From: Candidatus Cloacimonadales bacterium
GTDB lineage: Bacteria; Cloacimonadota; Cloacimonadia; Cloacimonadales; JAIOQZ01
Length of the DNA: 64,000 nucleotides
Direction: 5' to 3'
Assembly (NCBI GenBank): GCA_963662655.2
Contig: CAXXTU010000002.1
Location: 2,592,001-2,656,000 of the forward strand
Both the position numbers and the translations under genes were made by a program. Below the pieces are notes generated by a model. The model saw nothing but the letters and a program-made list of their open reading frames with translations. It did not search any database and was not told the DNA's origin. Positions 57,762 through 64,000 of the stretch are shown piece by piece (within the stretch, counting starts at the first letter, position 1; the number at the start of each line of letters is the position of its first letter).

Positions 57762-60386
57762 ATGAAACAAAAGGGATTCGTTCTCGTATTTATCTTGCTC
57801 TGCAGCGTCGTTGGCATGTTTGCGGACTATACTGTTGATTTCGAAGCAGAATCGAAGCCTAGCTACTTAATTGGCACCGTCGCTCTCAATGGAATCGATT
57901 GGAGTCTCAATAATTGCTTGATCGGCACTCTTGCGAGCGACAAGAAGAATGGTACTAAGTCTGCTCGTGTCAAGACCGGCGGGGATATGACGATGCTGGC
58001 AAACAAGACAGGTGGACTTGGGACAATTACATTGCAATATGCAAAATATGGTACAGATACAGTAGCACCAACCCTTCGCGTTGAGTACAGCACTAATGAC
58101 GGTACAGACTGGACACAAGCTGGGACCGACTTCGATGCGAATGCACAAGCATCCCTTGCGGAATGGTCGGCAGAAGTAAATGTTGCCGGAGACGTGCGAA
58201 TTCGCATTCTGGCTGTATCTGGAACAAGCAACAAGCGCGCGAATATCGACGACATCGTCATGACGGATTTTGCTTCTTCTACTGAAACGATCACAACTAT
58301 GGATGTTGGGTTTCCTCCGTTCATCCCGGGTTCAACAGGAGACGTAACATTCTTTGGTGCAGGAACATTTCCTGCTGGTGCGATTTTCACGGCGCAGTTA
58401 TCCGATGAAAATGGCGATTTTAGCAACCCTACAGATATTGGTACCTATACGCTCACCGCTGAGACGACCAATCCTTTGCAAACTTTTGATATCACGATTC
58501 CCGAAACGGCAGTTGGCGGAACCGCCTATGAAGTTCGCGTGGTCTGCGACAATCCTGCTGTAATCGGTAGCCCATACGGTCCATTCACCATCAACGGTGT
58601 AAGCATCTCTCCGGCAGATGATCAACATTTGATTGTCGGTCAGATGATTACTCCCATTACCGGGACAATTGTTGGGGGGCCTTTGGACTACGGCTGGTAT
58701 GCGTCGGAAGTTAGCGGTGGACCATACATGGAAACAGGCATCGATGGTTATGTACTCTCGGGAACCCCTGGAACAGCGGGAACCATTTATGTTGTGTTCG
58801 GAGCTACCTTTATAGGTGGTTTATTATATAGCAATGAAGTGATGATTGAAGTGACGGAAGGACCTTCCGTGCCTTACCTCGAAGATTTCACGATCTTCCC
58901 GCCGGCCGGATGGACAAACAATGGCAACTGGTATTCAAGCAATACAAGCTATGCAGGTAGTGTCGCGCCGGAAGCTCGCATTGTTTATACGAGTTACGCA
59001 GTGGGAGATGAATTGGTATCCTGTCCGATCAACACGACCGGTTATTCGACTCTCGATGTTAGCTGGTGCCAGCAAGTTTACAGTTATAGCGGAGGCGTGG
59101 GGAGCTACCAACTCGACGTTCTCACCTCAACCGATGGATTGGAATGGAGCAACACCATTTGGTCATACACCTATATTAACGACTTGAACAATGATAACAT
59201 GAACCCTGTCGTGACGATTGGAGCAGGCGATGGTGTTGGAAGTTCAACACTCTATTTAAAGTTCCGGTTTACATCCATGGATGACAACAGACTTTCTGCG
59301 TGGAATATCGACGATTTTGTCGTGATGGAAACCCTCGCACAGGATGACACCCAGGCCGTCACAACCGGCGATCCGATGATCGATTTCGATTCACCGAGTA
59401 CCGGTCTCGCTATCCAGTTCTCCGGTGTGACTGTAGAAGGCAATGTAACGGTTCGTTTCTACAATCATGGGCCGATCAGCACGGATACCATCTCCGATGA
59501 AAACGTTGCCGATTACCGCTGGTATATCGATCAGGACAACGCCTTCGATTTCTCCGGTGGAGAAGCATGGTTGGTGTTCTATCTCGATCATATTCCGAAC
59601 CACGGAATTTCCGATCCGAACAATGTGAATGTATGGCATCGTGAAAGTGAATCCGAACCCTTCTCCATGATCGATCCTGCCAATGTAACCTACGATTCCG
59701 ATCTGAACGCCATTATCGTTATCGTATCGGAATTCAGTGAATTTGTGTTCACAAGCAATGAAGAAACCCTGCCGGTCGAGCTCTCCGGTTTCCATGGAAC
59801 TTACGCAGCAGCAGGCTTCGTTACCCTCCAGTGGAACACGCAGTCAGAAAGCGGAATGCTTGGCTATCGCGTACTTCGTAGCGAAACAGGCGATCTCGGC
59901 GATGCAATACAGATGAACACAAACCTGATTCAGGCAAACAACCTCTCAGAAGAGCAAGTCTACCAGTATCAGGATAACGATATCGAAATCGTTGACGAAA
60001 AATCTTACAGCTATTGGCTGGAAGCAATCGAATTGAATGGCACATCCAAGATGTTCGGTCCTATCAACGTGACCATCAACGAAGAAGAGGAAGAAGAAGC
60101 ACCTGTTTATACAACAGCTCTGGATCAGAATTCTCCGAACCCATTCAATCCTTCGACGACAATCAACTTCTCGATCGCTGAAGAAGGCATGGTATCTGTG
60201 AAGATTTACAATGCTCGCGGTCAGCTTGTGAAGACGCTGGTCAACGAAGTCCTGCCGGAAGGCAACTATCCTCTTACATGGCATGGTAATGACAATAACG
60301 GAAATCCATGCGGTAGCGGTGTTTACTTCTACAAGATGGAAACCGATAACAATAAGTTCATCAAGAAGATGCTGATGCTGAAATAG
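57762..60386 (+). CDS. Secreted multi-domain protein with CTD
   Basis: Signal peptide; N-terminal domain shared with the nuclease at 16458; LPVELSGF module; NSPNPFNP CTD. Confidence 0.85.
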   Translation: MKQKGFVLVFILLCSVVGMFADYTVDFEAESKPSYLIGTVALNGIDWSLNNCLIGTLASDKKNGTKSARVKTGGDMTMLANKTGGLGTITLQYAKYGTDTVAPTLRVEYSTNDGTDWTQAGTDFDANAQASLAEWSAEVNVAGDVRIRILAVSGTSNKRANIDDIVMTDFASSTETITTMDVGFPPFIPGSTGDVTFFGAGTFPAGAIFTAQLSDENGDFSNPTDIGTYTLTAETTNPLQTFDITIPETAVGGTAYEVRVVCDNPAVIGSPYGPFTINGVSISPADDQHLIVGQMITPITGTIVGGPLDYGWYASEVSGGPYMETGIDGYVLSGTPGTAGTIYVVFGATFIGGLLYSNEVMIEVTEGPSVPYLEDFTIFPPAGWTNNGNWYSSNTSYAGSVAPEARIVYTSYAVGDELVSCPINTTGYSTLDVSWCQQVYSYSGGVGSYQLDVLTSTDGLEWSNTIWSYTYINDLNNDNMNPVVTIGAGDGVGSSTLYLKFRFTSMDDNRLSAWNIDDFVVMETLAQDDTQAVTTGDPMIDFDSPSTGLAIQFSGVTVEGNVTVRFYNHGPISTDTISDENVADYRWYIDQDNAFDFSGGEAWLVFYLDHIPNHGISDPNNVNVWHRESESEPFSMIDPANVTYDSDLNAIIVIVSEFSEFVFTSNEETLPVELSGFHGTYAAAGFVTLQWNTQSESGMLGYRVLRSETGDLGDAIQMNTNLIQANNLSEEQVYQYQDNDIEIVDEKSYSYWLEAIELNGTSKMFGPINVTINEEEEEEAPVYTTALDQNSPNPFNPSTTINFSIAEEGMVSVKIYNARGQLVKTLVNEVLPEGNYPLTWHGNDNNGNPCGSGVYFYKMETDNNKFIKKMLMLK

Positions 60387-60413
60387 TTTCAGCGCTATCT
60401 GATAACGATATTA

Positions 60414-60445
60414 GGCGGGAGAGTGAAAGCTCTCCCGTTTTTTTT
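60414..60445 (+). terminator. Rho-independent terminator
   Basis: ggcgggagag-tgaaag-ctctcccgtt followed by a T-tract. Confidence 0.85.
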
Positions 60446-60461
60446 GCAAATTGCTTACCGA

Positions 60462-60585
60462 CGAGGCATCTTCGCCCGATGTCCCTTTTTATCGGGGATA
60501 TACCGCGCCTTGGAAACTACCGGACACGCGATGAAAAGGCGCGAAACACCCCGTCGAAAAGGGACATCGAACGAATCTGCTCTCG
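60462..60585 (-). repeat. Dispersed hairpin element, family H copy D
   Basis: ggcatcttcgcccgatgtccct...cggggatataccgcg...cgcgaaacaccccg...agggacatcgaacgaatctgc. Confidence 0.85.
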
Positions 60586-60712
60586 CCTCGCGGAAAGTGC
60601 GAAATGGCTGAACAGGTATTGATTTAGGGCGACCAGAGATTTTCCTTTACACTTCGATCGGCATTTCTAATATATTCTTCAAAGTTCAATATAAACAATC
60701 AGGAGGAAGAAT

Positions 60713-63700
60713 ATGAGCCAACAGGGCTATTATCGCGAACCGCATGTGAGTAAGAATATTGTAGTTTTTGTAAGCGAAGACGATATTTGGCGTATTCCTT
60801 TACGTGGAGGCGTCGCGCGCCGCATGACAACGAACCAGTCAACCGTATTCCATCCGATGATTTCTCCCAACGGACGCTTTATTGCGTACACAACGATGGA
60901 AGAGGGGCATCCCGAACTCTACATCATGAACTCGAAGGGCGAGGATCTGAAGCGCTTAACGTATCTCGGCGGATTCTGTCAGCCGGTGTGCTGGACTCCT
61001 GATTCGAAGGAGATCGTATTCAGCTCCAATTACAACCAGGCGCACGATTCGAGCATCTACAAGGTGGGCATCGGAGGCGGAGAGCCGGTAAAAATGCCGT
61101 TTGGCAACGCGAACGAGATCAGTTTCGGTGAGAAAGGCGTGGTGATAGGTCGCCACACGAGAGATACGGCACGCTGGAAAAGGTATCGCGGGGGAACAGC
61201 CGGCGAATTCTGGATTGACCGGAAGGGCAACGGAACGTTCGAACCGTTCCTCAAGGATATTTCGAACAAGGCGAATCCGATGTGGATCGGAGATAGGATA
61301 TACTTCCTCTCTGACCATGAAGGCGTCGCGAATATCTACTCGGTGAATGTCAGGGGTCAGGATATTAAGCGCCATTCGGATCAGCGCGAGTTTTACGCTC
61401 GTAACGCGACAACGGACGGCAAGAATATTGTTTACCAGGCCGGTGGCGATATCTATTTACTCGATGTTGCCGCAAACGAGGAAACGAAAGTCAAGATCGA
61501 GTTCCATAGCAGCCGCCAGCAAGTTCAGCGCAAGTTCGTGAACGCGAGCCGATACCTTCAGGGCTACGGCCTAAGCAAGGACGGTACGCAGACGGTCGTG
61601 GCCGTGCGTGGCAAACTGCATTCACTTGCCAACTGGAGTGGCCCGGTTCGCCCGTGGGGCGAGAGAAGCGCTGCTCGTTACCGCATTCCTGCCTGGATGC
61701 ACGACGGCAAGCGTTTTGTTGCCGTGTGCGACGCGCTTGACGGCGAGGACCGGCTGGTGGTTGTCGACACGGAGAAGGGAAAAGAGAAGCTCTTCGAGAA
61801 TATTAATCTCGGCAGGATTCACCAGATTTTGCCGGCCGTGAAGGGCGATCTCGTAGCGGTCACGAACCATCGCAACGAATTGATCATCATGAACATCGCG
61901 GAAGAGACCATGCAGGTGGCGGATTCTTCGGAGCATTTCCGTATCGGGAATGTTGACTGGAGTCCGGACGCCCGGTGGATTGCGTATGACCTTTCCGATA
62001 CTGCACAATCAGCCAAGATTCGTGTTCTGAATACCGAAACTATGGAAGTCCACGACGTAACGCGACCCTTGAAGCGCGATTTCGAAGCCTGCTTCTCGCC
62101 CGACGGCAAATATCTGTACTTCATCGGCGAGAGAATCTTCAATCCGATCTACGATTCGGTTCAGTTCGAGCTGAGCTTCATCAAATCCACTAAGATCTAC
62201 TGCGTTCCATTGAAGAAGGAATATCCCTCGCCATTCGAGCCGAAAATATGTTCTCCGGGAATACCGGATATGAAGAACGGCAAGAACGGTAAGAATGGCA
62301 AGAATGAGAAAGGTATCGAAGTGGAGATCGAGTTCGAGAATATCTTCGAGCGGGTGATCGAGTGCCCGATGGATCCGGGCGAATACTGGAACCTGAGTGT
62401 CGTCGAAAACAAGATTCTGTTTATGGAAACCCCGCGGGACGGCTTGCCAGAGCGATCAAGCTGGCGCGATGCAGCCAAGCCGAAGAATATCCTGAAGGTG
62501 TACGATCTCGAGAAATTGCAGGAAGACATCATCATCAGTGGAATCGATAGCTACAAGCTTTCCCTCGACGGGAAGGGAATGATTATCAGAAAGCAGGGTG
62601 AACTCACGGTTCTCAAAGCCGGAGACAAGCCCAATACGAAGGCGAAGAAAAAGTTCTCGCCCGAAGGCGGGCAGATCGATATGAGCCGCATACGTACGCT
62701 GATCTCACCGCTCGAGGAGTGGCGACAGATGTATCGCGAAGCCTGGTTGCTCCAGCGTGAGCATTTCTGGACGGAGAACATGAGCGGCGTCGATTGGAAC
62801 CGTATCTACCAGCGCTACTTGCCGCTGCTGGATCGTGTAGGGTCACGCTACGAGTTTTCGGATGTCTTATGGGAGATGCAGGGTGAGCTTGGAACCTCGC
62901 ATTGCTACGAGTTCGGCGGAGACTACCGTAGCGTTCCCGTGTATCGCCTTGGTAAACTCGGCTGCGATTACAAGCTGGCACCGTCGGGAAGATACTATAT
63001 TATCGAAAACATTATTCACTCCGGCTCGGACACGGAGAACGAGGTCTCACCTCTGGTTCGTTCCGGCGTCAATATCGAAGAGGGCGATCAACTTCTGGCT
63101 GTGAACGGCACGAAGGTCGATCGCAACAAGTCTCCTCGCGAATGTCTCCTCAATATGGGCGGGCAGGACGTGATCCTGACTGTGAGGAAACCCGGCCAGC
63201 GCAAGTCGCGCGATGTGACGGTGAAAGCGCTGCCGTTCAGGGGTTTGCTTCTGTATCGCGCGTGGGTGGAAGACAACCGCAAGTACGTTCACGAGCAGAG
63301 CGGCGGTAAGATCGGGTACATCCACGTTCCCGACATGGGCGTGGAAGGATTCTCCGAGTTCCATCGTCTCTTCCTGACGGAATGCAGGTTTGACGCCATG
63401 ATTGTGGATGTTCGCTACAACGGAGGCGGTCATGTCTCCCCGCTACTGCTGGAGAAGCTCAAACGAGTTCCGAATGCGTATGTGGCGACAAGGTGGTCCA
63501 AGCATCCGGAGCCGTACCCGGATTGTGCGATCGCGGGTCCGAAATGCGCGTTGACCAACGAGTTTGCCGGCTCGGACGGCGATATTTTTAGCCATTCCTT
63601 CAAGATGATGGGAATCGGCAAGCTTCTGGGCAAACGAACCTGGGGCGGCGTTGTCGGAATCAACGGACAGTACTCGCTGGTGGACGGGGCTGTAACAACA

Positions 63701-63934
63701 CAGCCGGAATATTCGTTCTGGTTCAGGGATGTCGGTTGGGGCGTCGAGAACTACGGTACCGATCCCGATATCGAGATCGATATCAAACCGCAGGATTACG
63801 CGGCAGGGAAGGATCCGCAACTCGATGGAGCGATCAAGCACCTGATGGATGAAATGAAGAAGAACCCGGTGTTCAGGCCCAAGCTTGATAAACGGCCCAA
63901 CCTGGCGTTACCTGAAATTCCACCCAAGAAATAA
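60713..63934 (+). CDS. Tricorn protease (S41 family)
   Basis: Motifs WKRYRGGTAG, GELGTSH, DVRYNGGG, AGSDGD and GKRTWGGVVG; beta-propellers and PDZ. Confidence 0.95.
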   Translation: MSQQGYYREPHVSKNIVVFVSEDDIWRIPLRGGVARRMTTNQSTVFHPMISPNGRFIAYTTMEEGHPELYIMNSKGEDLKRLTYLGGFCQPVCWTPDSKEIVFSSNYNQAHDSSIYKVGIGGGEPVKMPFGNANEISFGEKGVVIGRHTRDTARWKRYRGGTAGEFWIDRKGNGTFEPFLKDISNKANPMWIGDRIYFLSDHEGVANIYSVNVRGQDIKRHSDQREFYARNATTDGKNIVYQAGGDIYLLDVAANEETKVKIEFHSSRQQVQRKFVNASRYLQGYGLSKDGTQTVVAVRGKLHSLANWSGPVRPWGERSAARYRIPAWMHDGKRFVAVCDALDGEDRLVVVDTEKGKEKLFENINLGRIHQILPAVKGDLVAVTNHRNELIIMNIAEETMQVADSSEHFRIGNVDWSPDARWIAYDLSDTAQSAKIRVLNTETMEVHDVTRPLKRDFEACFSPDGKYLYFIGERIFNPIYDSVQFELSFIKSTKIYCVPLKKEYPSPFEPKICSPGIPDMKNGKNGKNGKNEKGIEVEIEFENIFERVIECPMDPGEYWNLSVVENKILFMETPRDGLPERSSWRDAAKPKNILKVYDLEKLQEDIIISGIDSYKLSLDGKGMIIRKQGELTVLKAGDKPNTKAKKKFSPEGGQIDMSRIRTLISPLEEWRQMYREAWLLQREHFWTENMSGVDWNRIYQRYLPLLDRVGSRYEFSDVLWEMQGELGTSHCYEFGGDYRSVPVYRLGKLGCDYKLAPSGRYYIIENIIHSGSDTENEVSPLVRSGVNIEEGDQLLAVNGTKVDRNKSPRECLLNMGGQDVILTVRKPGQRKSRDVTVKALPFRGLLLYRAWVEDNRKYVHEQSGGKIGYIHVPDMGVEGFSEFHRLFLTECRFDAMIVDVRYNGGGHVSPLLLEKLKRVPNAYVATRWSKHPEPYPDCAIAGPKCALTNEFAGSDGDIFSHSFKMMGIGKLLGKRTWGGVVGINGQYSLVDGAVTTQPEYSFWFRDVGWGVENYGTDPDIEIDIKPQDYAAGKDPQLDGAIKHLMDEMKKNPVFRPKLDKRPNLALPEIPPKK

Positions 63935-63947
63935 CGGAGGACTCACG

Positions 63948-64000
63948 ATGTATAAACTTGTACTTCTCAGGCACGGAGAGAGTGTCTGGAACAAAGAAAA
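63948..64000 (+). CDS. gpmA: 2,3-bisphosphoglycerate-dependent phosphoglycerate mutase (5' fragment)
   Basis: MYKLVLLRHGESVWNKE after a GGAGG RBS; truncated by the window end. Confidence 0.85.
   Translation, partial: MYKLVLLRHGESVWNKE

Noticed and set aside
27211..60585. Family H as CRISPR repeats or canonical integron attC sites
   Set aside because: Copies are dispersed over tens of kb with no spacer array or cas genes. They lack the RYYYAAC...GTTRRRY ends, and no intI gene is present.
62273..62310. KNG tandem repeat in the tricorn gene
   Set aside because: A short, degenerate, in-frame linker repeat with synonymous variation; no sign of phase variation.

Overview
This is a 64-kb bacterial chromosomal window. 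It is most consistent with the FCB group, probably Cloacimonadota (inference from seven secreted proteins ending in an NxPNPFNP...KKMxLxK FlgD-Ig/T9SS-type-A-like C-terminal domain (CTD) and two C25 gingipain-like proteases). Housekeeping content: UGPase (partial), a TetR-MFP-RND efflux operon, an S1-family protein, glnS, the rpmH-rnpA-yidD-yidC-jag operon (not next to dnaA), a six-gene Ehr (Ni-less hydrogenase-related) membrane complex, M42-HtrA-PpiC, ruvX-mltG-CPA2 antiporter-EIIA/PII fusion, tricorn protease and gpmA (partial). One intact ISL3 element is present; no rRNA, tRNA or CRISPR array was found. The most unusual signals are non-coding. (1) A dispersed ~115-120 nt hairpin element occurs in four copies, with two conserved boxes at fixed spacing, compensatory changes and an invariant GGTGTT/TATATCC asymmetry. 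(2) A second element, in two copies, folds as a covarying four-way junction. Also notable are a tandem Kgp-like plus Rgp-like protease pair and evidence of DNA-level module exchange among the secreted CTD proteins. All calls come from reading motifs by eye; no database search or folding program was run.
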